Positions 31,396-40,695 of a stretch of 64,000 bases of DNA are shown here, piece by piece. Made by a program: the position numbers and the translations under genes. The notes below the pieces were generated by a model, which saw only the letters and a list, made by a program, of their open reading frames with translations, searched no databases and was not told where the DNA came from. Source of the stretch: an uncultured Pelagibacteraceae bacterium (lineage in GTDB: Bacteria; Pseudomonadota; Alphaproteobacteria; Pelagibacterales; Pelagibacteraceae); contig CACNXC010000006.1 in the NCBI GenBank assembly GCA_902624315.1, positions 143-64,142 of the forward strand, read 5' to 3'. Every line of letters starts with the position of its first letter. The stretch's first letter is position 1.

Positions 31396-31873
31396 TCTTA
31401 AAGCTGAAATTTACTTAAGAATAATTTTTCTATTTAGTTTAATTGCTTTGATTTCTGCTTATTTTATTGAACATGTTCTAGGCCACCAACCATGTAATTT
31501 ATGTTTGATAGAGAGAATTCCTTATGGGTTAAGTATAATTTTGATATCTTTAATTTTTATTATAAAAAAAAATGAAAATTTTTTTATTTTGCTTTTAATA
31601 CTAACTTTTATTTTTTCTTTTTTTATTTCATTGTATCATTTTGGTATAGAACAAGGCATTTTTCAAGAATCCACTTTTTGTGGTGTAAAAAACTTTTCTG
31701 AAAATATAAGTAAAGAGGAATTATTAAATAAACTAAGCGAAAAGACTATAAGCTGTAAAGATGTGACATTTAGGATTTTTGGATTATCACTAACTGCTAT
31801 TAATATTGTCATAAGCATATTATTAATTATAACACTAGCAAAAATTTATTCTAAATATGAAAAAAACAAATAG
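31388..31873 (+). CDS. dsbB: DsbB-family disulfide bond formation protein
   Basis: 161 aa with 4 TM helices, the CxxC motif in HQPCNLCLIERIPYG, and a second Cys pair in the periplasmic loop (FCGV ... ISCKD). Confidence 0.75.
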   Translation: MFDLKAEIYLRIIFLFSLIALISAYFIEHVLGHQPCNLCLIERIPYGLSIILISLIFIIKKNENFFILLLILTFIFSFFISLYHFGIEQGIFQESTFCGVKNFSENISKEELLNKLSEKTISCKDVTFRIFGLSLTAINIVISILLIITLAKIYSKYEKNK

Positions 31874-32387
31874 TAGAGTTGAAGAATTTATTAGAGTTGA
31901 TCATGCGGGTGAGAGAGGTGCAGTCAAAATTTATGAAGGCCAATTATTAGCTTTAAATACTATTGTAAAAAATGATGATTTAAAAAAAACAATTGAGGAC
32001 ATGAAAGAACATGAGGTGGAGCATTGTCAATTTTTTGAAAAAGAAATAAAAAAAAGAAATATTAAACCAACGAAATTTTTACCATTATGGGATCTACTAG
32101 GTGTAGGTTTGGGCTTTGGATCTACAATTCTTGGAAAAAAGGCAGCTATGCTATGTACTGCCTCCGTTGAAGAAGTCATAGATAAACATTACCAAGATCA
32201 AATAAATCAATTAGGCCCAGAGGAAAAAGAATTAAAAAAAAAAATCACTAAATTTAGACAAGATGAATTAGATCATAAAGATATCGCTTATGAGGAAGGT
32301 GCTTCAAAAAAAGGGCTATATTCTATTATGGATAAAATAATTAAAACAGGTTCTAAAATAGCTATTCGAATATCAGAAAAAGTATAA
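31857..32387 (+). CDS. coq7: Demethoxyubiquinone hydroxylase (Coq7 family di-iron enzyme)
   Basis: 176 aa with RVDHAGERGAVKIYEGQ and E..H repeats (KEHEVEH, DELDH) typical of COQ7. Confidence 0.88.
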   Translation: MKKTNSRVEEFIRVDHAGERGAVKIYEGQLLALNTIVKNDDLKKTIEDMKEHEVEHCQFFEKEIKKRNIKPTKFLPLWDLLGVGLGFGSTILGKKAAMLCTASVEEVIDKHYQDQINQLGPEEKELKKKITKFRQDELDHKDIAYEEGASKKGLYSIMDKIIKTGSKIAIRISEKV

Positions 32388-32390
32388 AAC

Positions 32391-32960
32391 TTAAGCTTCT
32401 AATTCAACATCCCAATATAAATAATCCATCCAGCTTTTATGTAAATAATTTGGAGGAAAGTTTTTTCCGTTACGATGTAAGTCTTCTGTAGATGGTTGAT
32501 AAGGGTATTGCGTCAGTTTCATGCCTGATAATTTTAATAGTTTGCCTCCTTTTTTGACATTACAAGCTGAACATGCTGTAACAACGTTATCCCAGTTGGT
32601 TTCTCCACCTTTTGATCTAGGTAATAAATGATCAAAAGTTAATTCCTCGTTACTGCCACAATACTGACAGGAAAACTTATCTCTAAGAAAAACATTAAAT
32701 CTTGTAAAACTTGGTTTAGATTGAGGAACAATATAATCTTTTAGAGCAATTACACTAGGCAATTGCAAATTAAATGAAGGACTTCTTACTACACGATCGT
32801 AATTACTTACTATAATTACACGATCTAGAAAAACTGATTTTACAGTATCCTGCCATGACCATAGTGATAGAGGATAATAGCTCAATGGTCTATAATCAGC
32901 ATTTAAAACTAGTGCAGGACATTTTTCTAGTGAAACATCTTGATCAATAAAATTATTCAT
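32391..32960 (-). CDS. HNH endonuclease-domain protein
   Basis: 189 aa. The C-terminal half reads CQYCGSNEELTFDHLLPRSKGGETNWDNVVTACSACNVKKG, an HNH/zinc-finger motif. Confidence 0.8.
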   Translation of the reverse strand: MNNFIDQDVSLEKCPALVLNADYRPLSYYPLSLWSWQDTVKSVFLDRVIIVSNYDRVVRSPSFNLQLPSVIALKDYIVPQSKPSFTRFNVFLRDKFSCQYCGSNEELTFDHLLPRSKGGETNWDNVVTACSACNVKKGGKLLKLSGMKLTQYPYQPSTEDLHRNGKNFPPNYLHKSWMDYLYWDVELEA

Positions 32961-32997
32961 ATCAAATTTTAACTTAAATAAAAATTTTTTTCAATAT

Positions 32998-33657
32998 TTA
33001 GGAATTATTAAATTTTTTTAAGATATAATTCAATGCAATACTTGAAGCATTTATAGGAATATGGTGGTCACAATTTTTTATGAGATGCGTCTCAATGTCT
33101 ATATTATTTCTAATAAAAAAATCTTTTGCCTCTAACATAAAATTTGGTGAGACAACTTGATCAGAATCACCATGAATTAGCAAAATACTTGATGAGTTTT
33201 TTTTTCTTAATTTCAAATCCTTTTCATCAATAATTTTTCCAGAAAAACCCACAACACAATTAAAAGGTTTTTCAGAAGTAAGTCCTAAGTTTATTGACAT
33301 CATGCAGCCTTGACTAAAACCAGATAAACAAATTTGTTTATTTTCAAAATTAAATTCATTTTTAATTTCATCAATAAATTTTGATAATTTTTTTTCAGCC
33401 TTTATAGATTGATCCAAAATATACTCTGGATCATCTTTGCTTAAATCAAACCACTGATATCCATTTGGGTTTATACTGCATGGTTCATGACCATTAGGAC
33501 AAATAAAAATAGTATCAGGTAAATGTCTTTTCCAGTTCAATGAGAGCATACTAATATCCTTGCCATCTCCACCATAACCATGAAGTAAGATGATAGCATT
33601 TTTAATCTTCTTATTAACCTCTGGTTTGACCATTACTGAGTCTAGGCAAAATGTCAT
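32998..33657 (-). CDS. Phospholipase/carboxylesterase-family alpha/beta hydrolase
   Basis: 219 aa with LLHGYGGDG, a nucleophile elbow GFSQGCMMS, and a downstream HGDSD and H. Confidence 0.8.
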   Translation of the reverse strand: MTFCLDSVMVKPEVNKKIKNAIILLHGYGGDGKDISMLSLNWKRHLPDTIFICPNGHEPCSINPNGYQWFDLSKDDPEYILDQSIKAEKKLSKFIDEIKNEFNFENKQICLSGFSQGCMMSINLGLTSEKPFNCVVGFSGKIIDEKDLKLRKKNSSSILLIHGDSDQVVSPNFMLEAKDFFIRNNIDIETHLIKNCDHHIPINASSIALNYILKKFNNS

Positions 33658-33706
33658 AGTGTGTGAATTATGTTTTTTTATTTTAAAAACACCCTACAAT
33701 ACTCTT

Positions 33707-33910
33707 ATGTTATCTGGAATAGTAGTTAAAATATTATCTATTGTCTTGTTAATGGCAGTTGGGATTGTTTTAATTCTTGGAATCGGAACTTTATTTAAAG
33801 GTGGTGAAACCAGCAAAAAATATTCTAATAAATTAATGCAATTAAGAGTTTTGCTGCAATTTATTGCAATAATTGCTTTGGTTGGTTTTGCATATTTTTT
33901 CAAAAATTAG
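33707..33910 (+). CDS. HIG1-domain (hypoxia-induced protein N-terminal region) twin-TM small protein
   Basis: The internal ATG at 33707 gives 67 aa with two TM helices and SNKLMQLRVLLQFIAIIAL, matching the HIG_1_N pattern. The track's longer ORF would overlap the divergent esterase gene. Confidence 0.65.
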   Translation: MLSGIVVKILSIVLLMAVGIVLILGIGTLFKGGETSKKYSNKLMQLRVLLQFIAIIALVGFAYFFKN

Positions 33911-34416
33911 TTGTAACTAGTCAACCATTCAACAAAATTTTTTTCCTTAAAATCGATTGACCCAACAATTCTTGCAAACTCATATCCATCCTTGTTTATC
34001 AAAATTGTGGTGGGCACTCCTCTTAGTCCAAACTTTTTTGCTAAGGTAATTGGTGAATCAAAATATATCTTAAGATTATCTATACCTAAATCCTCAAAAA
34101 ATTTAGAGGCTTTTTCTAAATTATCCTGACCAACATTAATCGGAAATATTTTTAAATTGTTTAAATTTTTTTGAGATTGCAATTGATTAAGAGATGGCAT
34201 TTCCTCTTTGCATGGGGCGCACCAAGTTGCCCAAAAATTGAGCAAAACCAAATTGCCTTCAAATTGATCAAGTTGAATTTCATTACTCTGATCATCTAAA
34301 AACGTTAATCCATCATATTTTTTAAGCTCTTTATTGATAACAAGATTTTTTATGTCTTTGATTTCTGCCGCTACACAATTAGATATTAAAAAAGCAAATA
34401 TTATTAAAAATCTCAT
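33907..34416 (-). CDS. Periplasmic thiol:disulfide oxidoreductase (TlpA/ResA-like thioredoxin)
   Basis: 169 aa with a signal peptide and the WATWCAPC active site. Confidence 0.85.
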   Translation of the reverse strand: MRFLIIFAFLISNCVAAEIKDIKNLVINKELKKYDGLTFLDDQSNEIQLDQFEGNLVLLNFWATWCAPCKEEMPSLNQLQSQKNLNNLKIFPINVGQDNLEKASKFFEDLGIDNLKIYFDSPITLAKKFGLRGVPTTILINKDGYEFARIVGSIDFKEKNFVEWLTSYN

Positions 34417-34440
34417 GTTAAATAGGTATAATTAATTATC

Positions 34441-35832
34441 ATGTCGAAAAATAAAAACAACCAGGCAATATGGGGCAATAGAATAAAAAAAAACACTTCA
34501 TCAATTTTTCAAAAAGTGGGAAATTCTATTGATGTTGATAAGAGACTATATAAAGAGGATATAATTGGATCAATTGCACATGTCGAAATGTTATTTAAAC
34601 AAAAAATTATTACTTTTAAAATAAAGAATAAGATTGTTTATGGTCTAAACAAAATCAAAAAGGAAATAACAAACAAAAAATTTGAATTTAATAAAAAGTA
34701 TGAGGATATTCATTTAAATATTGAAAAAAGACTTTTCGAAATAATTGGTGAAGATGCGGGTTTTATTCACACAGCACGATCAAGAAATGATCAAGTGATT
34801 ACAGACTTGAAAATTTGGATGAAATCATCAACCAAAGAAATTAGTATTTTATTAGATACTGTAATTAAAAGTGTAATAAGAGCAGCAGAAAAAAATATAT
34901 ATACTCTTATGCCTGGATTTACTCATTTAAAAAATGCTCAGCCGGTTTCATTTGGCCACTATTTGATGGCTTATGTTGAAATGTTTAAAAGAGATCAAAA
35001 GAGATTCATAAATAATCTAGATAGCTTAAATGAAAATCCTCTAGGTGTTGCCGCTTTAACTGGAACATCTTTTAATATTGATAGAAATTACACTACAAAA
35101 AAACTTGGATTTACAAAACCAACTAATAACTCAATAGATACAATTTCTGACAGGGATTTTGTGCTAGATTTTCTTTACTCTATTTCAGTCTGTGCCATGC
35201 ATATTTCTAGAATAGCTGAGGAACTTATCATATGGAACTCTGATGCTTTCAAGTTAATAAATTTATCAGATAAAGTTGTAACTGGTTCTTCGATAATGCC
35301 ACAAAAAAAAAATCCAGATCTTTTGGAATTTTTACGAGGAAAATCTGGAATTATTTATGGTAATTTATTTTCTATGCTTACAGTTTTAAAAAGTTTACCT
35401 TTATCTTACTACAAAGATCTTCAAGACGATAAGGAAATTGTTTTTAAGTCGAATGATACACTGCAAAATTGTTTAAAGATACTTGATGAGATTCTTAAAA
35501 ATTTTACGCCAAATAAAAAACAGATGATAGAATTAGCTAACACAGGATATTTGACTGCAACTGATCTTGCAGATTATCTCGTAAAAAATCACTCTATGCC
35601 ATTTAGAAAAGCATACAAGGTGACTGCTAATATTGTGAACTTTGCTGAAAAAAAGAAAAAAAATCTCGATCAATTAACGCTGGCTGAACTTAAAAAAATT
35701 GAACCAAAACTATCAAATGATGTATTAAAAGTGTTTAATTTAAAGAATTCTGTAAATTCTAAGAAATCATATGGTGGAACATCTTTTGATAATATTAAAA
35801 AAATGATATTGAAATATAAAAGAAAAAAATGA
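34441..35832 (+). CDS. argH: Argininosuccinate lyase
   Basis: 463 aa with the fumarate-lyase signature GSSIMPQKKNPD and TARSRNDQV. Confidence 0.95.
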   Translation: MSKNKNNQAIWGNRIKKNTSSIFQKVGNSIDVDKRLYKEDIIGSIAHVEMLFKQKIITFKIKNKIVYGLNKIKKEITNKKFEFNKKYEDIHLNIEKRLFEIIGEDAGFIHTARSRNDQVITDLKIWMKSSTKEISILLDTVIKSVIRAAEKNIYTLMPGFTHLKNAQPVSFGHYLMAYVEMFKRDQKRFINNLDSLNENPLGVAALTGTSFNIDRNYTTKKLGFTKPTNNSIDTISDRDFVLDFLYSISVCAMHISRIAEELIIWNSDAFKLINLSDKVVTGSSIMPQKKNPDLLEFLRGKSGIIYGNLFSMLTVLKSLPLSYYKDLQDDKEIVFKSNDTLQNCLKILDEILKNFTPNKKQMIELANTGYLTATDLADYLVKNHSMPFRKAYKVTANIVNFAEKKKKNLDQLTLAELKKIEPKLSNDVLKVFNLKNSVNSKKSYGGTSFDNIKKMILKYKRKK

Positions 35833-35960
35833 AAAAAAAAATTATTTTAGCAATAATTGTATTTTCTACATTGATCGCTTGTGGAAAAAAAGGAGACCCA
35901 GTATATAAAGAATCTCAAAGTAATTCAAAAATACAAAGCTACCTTCTAAATAAAGCTTAA
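35829..35960 (+). CDS. Small lipoprotein, LptM/YifL-like (43 aa)
   Basis: Hand-translated as MKKKIILAIIVFSTLIACGKKGDPVYKESQSNSKIQSYLLNKA. It has the lipobox LIAC followed by G-KKG-P-Y. Its ATG overlaps the argH stop (ATGA) and its TAA overlaps the lysA start (TAATG). It is below the track size cutoff. Confidence 0.65.
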   Translation: MKKKIILAIIVFSTLIACGKKGDPVYKESQSNSKIQSYLLNKA

Positions 35961-37172
35961 TGAGATTTTTAAATAGTAAACTTAAGATTGAAAATACAAT
36001 CCTGCAAAATATTGCTAAAAAATATGGAACACCTGCATATTGTTACTCGTATAAACAACTTAGAGAAAATATAAATGATTTTAAAAAAAATTTTAAATCC
36101 ATTTCACCATTAATTTGTTTTGCTATTAAATCTAATACTAACTTAAATTTAATAAAAGAAATAAAAAAATTTGGACTTGGAGCAGATGTTGTATCAATGG
36201 GCGAATTAATGTTAGCTCTTAAGGCTGGAATTAGTCCAAAGAAGATTGTTTTTTCAGGAGTTGGTAAGACTTCCAAAGAGATTAATTTTGCAATTGATAA
36301 AAATATTTTATTAATTAATTCAGAGTCCAAAAGTGAAATCATAGAAATTGATAAAATTGCTAAAATAAAGAAAAAACAGGTTAATATTGGTATTAGATTA
36401 AACCCAAATACCGATGCGAAAACTTTGAGTCAAATATCGACAGGAAAAAAAGATAATAAATTTGGAGTTAATGATAAAACATTTTTTGAACTTGTAAGAT
36501 ATTGTAAGAATTCTAAAAATATTAATTTGAAATGTTTAAGTGTTCATATTGGAAGCCAAATTTTAGATCATAAACCCTATGAAAAAATGTTAAGAATATT
36601 AGATAAAATCATCAAAAAAACCCAATATAAATTTGATTTTATTGACCTTGGGGGGGGGTATGGGCATCCCATACAATAATGATAAAAAACTAAATTATAA
36701 AAAATATCATTCAGCAATTAAAAAATTTTTAAAGAATAAAAAATCTCAGATTATATTTGAGCCAGGTAGATCGATAATCGGCAATACAGGAGTTTTAATT
36801 TCAAAAGTAATTTACATAAAAGAGAGTTATAAAAAAAATTTTGTTATTATAGATGCTGCTATGAATGATTTAATGAGACCCGCACTTTATGGTGCAGTAC
36901 ATCGCATCTTACCTTTGTTAAAAAGAGTTAAAAAATCAAAGAAAATTTATGAATTTGTTGGCCCAATTTGCGAAAGCACTGATAAGTTTGCGACCATAAA
37001 AAATTTTCAAAAACTAAAGGAGAAAGATTTTATCGCAATTTGTGATGTAGGCGCCTATGGTATATCACTCAGTTCTAATTATAATCTTAGACCTAAACCT
37101 ATAGAAATATTAATTAATGGATCTAAAATAAGAGTAGTAAAAAAAAGACAAAAGCATCGTGAGATAATTTAG
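35960..37172 (+). pseudogene. lysA: Diaminopimelate decarboxylase interrupted by a +1 frameshift in a G9 run
   Basis: Two track ORFs (35960-36679 and 36633-37172) are the N- and C-halves of LysA. The junction is FDFIDLGGG | MGIPY at the G run 36650-36658, and removing one G restores IDLGGGMGIPY. Confidence 0.85.
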
Positions 37173-37185
37173 CTTTTGATAATTA

Positions 37186-37887
37186 ATGATAAGAAACTTT
37201 CTATTTTCAATTTTCTTTTTTTCAGGAATAATTTTAATTTCAATTATTTTTCTGCCAGCGTTAATCTTACCACAAAAATTTACACTTTTTGGTGGGAAAT
37301 TAATGGGTTATTGGGCTGCTATTTGTTTAAAAATTTTCTTGTCCACAAAAATTATTGTTAAAGGTAAAGAAAATTTAATCAAAAATGAAAAATTTTTTAT
37401 TGCTTCCTCTCATCAATCTATGTTTGAAACTTTTTTTCTACAAACGATTTTTAATTCTCCTGTATTTATCTTAAAAAAAGAATTGCTTATGATACCTATT
37501 TTTGGCTGGTACTTAAAAAAAATAGGATCAATTTCTATCAAAAGAAATAAGGTATCGAAAGAAAACATCAATTTTTTCGAAGATATTTCTAAAATAATTT
37601 CAAACACAAATCGTCCAATAATAATTTTTCCTCAAGGAACTCGAGTATTACCCCACGAACAACCTCCATTTAAAAAAGGCGCATCAAGGATTTATGAAGA
37701 ATTGAAAATAAAATGCCAACCGGTTGCTATTAATTCTGGTTACGTCTGGCCAAAAAAAGGAAAAAAAGATGTTAATAAAACAATTACAATTTCAATTTTG
37801 GAACCTATCAAACCTGATTATTCCAAGGAAGAATTTTTAGGGATTTTAGAGAAAACTATATATTCTGAACTTAAATTGCTAAATTAA
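37186..37887 (+). CDS. plsC: 1-acyl-sn-glycerol-3-phosphate acyltransferase
   Basis: 233 aa with an N-terminal TM helix, the acyltransferase block SSHQSMFETF, and FPQGTR. Confidence 0.85.
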   Translation: MIRNFLFSIFFFSGIILISIIFLPALILPQKFTLFGGKLMGYWAAICLKIFLSTKIIVKGKENLIKNEKFFIASSHQSMFETFFLQTIFNSPVFILKKELLMIPIFGWYLKKIGSISIKRNKVSKENINFFEDISKIISNTNRPIIIFPQGTRVLPHEQPPFKKGASRIYEELKIKCQPVAINSGYVWPKKGKKDVNKTITISILEPIKPDYSKEEFLGILEKTIYSELKLLN

Positions 37888-38996
37888 CCTTTCATAGGCA
37901 TAACTACAAAAATACTATCAAAATCACCAGGATCTTTGATTAGCGCAGGTGAACCTGAATCATTTAGAAACATCTCAATACTATTTCCATCTAATTGTGA
38001 AGCAACATCTATCAGATATTTAGAATTAAAACTAATTTCTAAATCATGATCAAATTTCACTACAAGGGATTCTTTTCCATCACCGCTGTTGGTATTATTT
38101 ACAGACAAATCTAGTTTGTCTTTACTTAAACTAAATTTTACACCATCTTTTTTATCAAGCGATACTGAGGCTACTCTATCCACCGAGCTTTGAAAAATTT
38201 TAAGGTCAATTTCTAATTTTTTTTGATTATTTTTTGGAATTACTTGAATGTAATTAGGAAATTTTCCATCTATTAACTTAGAAATTAAAATACTATTATT
38301 TAATTCAAATTTTATCTTAGATTTCATATTTGAGATTTTTACTTCGCCATCATAATTTTCTAATAATGAACTTAATTGAAAAATAGTCTTTTTAGGTAAT
38401 ATAATCGGTTCAAAAATTTTTTTTTCATTTAGTCTGAGTTTAGAAATAGACATCCGATGACTATCAGTTGACACTGCAGTTAAGTAATTCTTATCCTCAA
38501 CCTCTGTTTGATGAAAATAAATTCCACTTAAATAATGTCTGGTCTCATCATTTGACACAGAAAATTTACATTTATTGAGCAGCTTTAAAAGGTCTTTTGA
38601 TTTAAGACTAAATTCGTTCTCATTAAAATTTTCATCTGTTAAAGGAAATTCCGAAGCAGGCATACAATTTAAATTAAAAATAGATTTTTCTGATTCTAGA
38701 TGAAGTTTGCTATTGTCTGTTAAAGTTAAATTTATTTTTTTTCCTGATGAGAGTTTTCTAACAATATCATACATTGTAGACGACGTAGTGGTTGTTTTTC
38801 CTTCCTCTATGACTTCGACGTTATTTATTTGATTAATAAATATTAGGTCTAAATCTGTTGCTGTTATAGTGAGTTTTGAATTTTGTGCATCGAGTAATAT
38901 GTTTGACAATATTGGAAGCGTACTTCGTTTTTCTATGACTCCTTGACAATAATTTAATGCTTGCTGTAGGTCTTGTTGGTTTACATTAAATTTCAT
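37884..38996 (-). CDS. dnaN: DNA polymerase III beta sliding clamp
   Basis: 370 aa with a three-domain clamp pattern. It lies directly downstream of dnaA with an 11-nt overlap. Confidence 0.93.
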   Translation of the reverse strand: MKFNVNQQDLQQALNYCQGVIEKRSTLPILSNILLDAQNSKLTITATDLDLIFINQINNVEVIEEGKTTTTSSTMYDIVRKLSSGKKINLTLTDNSKLHLESEKSIFNLNCMPASEFPLTDENFNENEFSLKSKDLLKLLNKCKFSVSNDETRHYLSGIYFHQTEVEDKNYLTAVSTDSHRMSISKLRLNEKKIFEPIILPKKTIFQLSSLLENYDGEVKISNMKSKIKFELNNSILISKLIDGKFPNYIQVIPKNNQKKLEIDLKIFQSSVDRVASVSLDKKDGVKFSLSKDKLDLSVNNTNSGDGKESLVVKFDHDLEISFNSKYLIDVASQLDGNSIEMFLNDSGSPALIKDPGDFDSIFVVMPMKG

Positions 38997-40404
38997 TTTC
39001 TTTATTGCTATATAATATTTGATTTTTTAGTTTATCTATATTTGCAATCATATCTGGATCTTTTTCTTTTAATTTTTCAATAGTTTTAACTGAGTGAATT
39101 ATAGTTGTGTGATCTCTATTTGAAAACTCTCTTCCAATTTCTGGCAAAGATTTTGAAGTCAAAATTTTTGTTAGATAAATTGCTGTTTGCCGTGGTCTTA
39201 CTAGGTACCTAGATCTTCTTGATGAAAGCATTTCATTTTTACTAATCTTAAAAAATTTACACACAATAGTTTGAATGAGATCAATAGTTACTTTATTTTC
39301 ATTTAAATTAAGTAAATCTTTTAATATAACTTTTGTCTCAGCTAAACTTGGTATTTTGTTATAAATTCTTGAGAAAGATATAATTCTATTTATTGCACCC
39401 ACCAATTCTCTTACACTCGTTGTGATTTTAATGCTTATAAAATCCTTAATTTCATCAGGTATATTAAATTTTTCGGGATACAAGTTATTTAAGTCACTTA
39501 TTTTACTTTCAAGGATTTTTTTTCTGAGTGCTAAATCAGTTTTTTGAATATCCACAACTAGACCTCCTGCAAATCTTGACTTTATCCTCTCCTGAATTCT
39601 TGACAGCTTATTAGGAGATCTATCAGCAGAAATTATAATTTGAGAACCTTTGTCTAATAATGCATTAAAAGTATGAAAAAATTCTTCTTGCATTGCCTCT
39701 TTACCATTCATGAATTGTATATCATCAATTAACAAAATATCTGTATTACGAAAATACTCTTTAAATTTGACCATATCATTAGATTTGATTGATTTTACAA
39801 ATTGATACATAAAACGTTCTGCCGATATAAACATAACCTTATTATCTTTTTTCAGGTGATAACCAATTGCATTTAAAAGATGTGTCTTGCCCATTCCAAC
39901 ACCACCATAAAGATAAAGTGGATTATAATGTGAAATATTCTCTGAAACTTTTACAGAAGCTTCGTATGCTAATTTATTGCTGGAGCCAGTAATAAAGTTT
40001 TCAAAATTTTTGTTAGGATCTATACGATTATATTGTAAATAAGAGTCTTTTATAAAAGAAACATTTTCTTTATTTTCTATGACATTAGTATTATTTTCAT
40101 CCTGAGTTGAAGTAGGTTTATTTTCAGTTATTTTGAATTCAACTCGAACAATTTCTTTTTTATAATTTTTTATAATTTTCAAGATTTGATCTAAGTATCT
40201 AGATGTAATCCAATCACGAATGAATCTAGTAGGTACAGATAATAAAATATAATTATTGATTTCCTCGACAAAAGTTATTTTTTTAAGCCAACTCTCATAA
40301 ATATCTAGTCCTAATTTATTTTTCATTTCAGCTTGAACTAAATTCCAATCAAGAATATCGGATTTAGAATCTTTTAAACTATTATTATTTATAGAATTGT
40401 TCAT
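38986..40404 (-). CDS. dnaA: Chromosomal replication initiator DnaA
   Basis: 472 aa with AAA+ Walker A (LYGGVGMGKTHLL), Walker B (LLIDDIQF) and the domain IV DNA-binding signature (IGREFSNRDHTTIIHSV). Confidence 0.96.
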   Translation of the reverse strand: MNNSINNNSLKDSKSDILDWNLVQAEMKNKLGLDIYESWLKKITFVEEINNYILLSVPTRFIRDWITSRYLDQILKIIKNYKKEIVRVEFKITENKPTSTQDENNTNVIENKENVSFIKDSYLQYNRIDPNKNFENFITGSSNKLAYEASVKVSENISHYNPLYLYGGVGMGKTHLLNAIGYHLKKDNKVMFISAERFMYQFVKSIKSNDMVKFKEYFRNTDILLIDDIQFMNGKEAMQEEFFHTFNALLDKGSQIIISADRSPNKLSRIQERIKSRFAGGLVVDIQKTDLALRKKILESKISDLNNLYPEKFNIPDEIKDFISIKITTSVRELVGAINRIISFSRIYNKIPSLAETKVILKDLLNLNENKVTIDLIQTIVCKFFKISKNEMLSSRRSRYLVRPRQTAIYLTKILTSKSLPEIGREFSNRDHTTIIHSVKTIEKLKEKDPDMIANIDKLKNQILYSNKENEI

Positions 40405-40695
40405 AAATGTGGAGAGTGTTCAGTTAGAACCATAATAAAATTATTGCAACAAATAATTTTCAAAAATAAAAAAAAAATAAAATCTAGGATTGTGTAAATT
40501 TTTTTTTTTTTAAAAAAAAGTATTTGACAAAAAAAAATAAAGAAAAATAAAAAAAAAATATAAATAAAATTTATAATTGAATTAAATAAGTTTGTTTATT
40601 TACTAAATCTAAATATTGTGTGGAGAATTTATAAGATCACAGATTTTGTAGATTTAAAAGTTGTATTAAGATTAACAACCTGAAGTGTTATTAAA
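40405..40695. promoter_or_regulatory. rpsT-dnaA spacer: dnaA promoter region with DnaA-box-like sites and extreme A/T runs
   Basis: This is the longest intergenic spacer I measured in the window (291 bp). TGTGGAGAA at 40619-40627 matches TGTGGATAA at 8 of 9 positions, TGTGGAGAG at 40408-40416 at 7 of 9, and TGTGTAAAT at 40491-40499 only weakly. There is a T12A8 tract near 40499-40519. Confidence 0.4.

Noticed and set aside
32391-32960. HNH endonuclease as a sign of a mobile element, homing endonuclease or restriction system
   Set aside because: It is a stand-alone gene packed between coq7 and an esterase with spacers of 3 and 37 nt. There are no repeats, integrase or partner genes. It looks like the widespread single-domain HNH family.
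33694-33903. 69-aa minus-strand ORF
   Set aside because: It is antisense to the HIG1-domain gene, which has a recognisable family signature.
37176-37361. 61-aa ORF overlapping the plsC start in another frame
   Set aside because: The overlapping 233-aa frame carries the acyltransferase motifs, and this one has no support.
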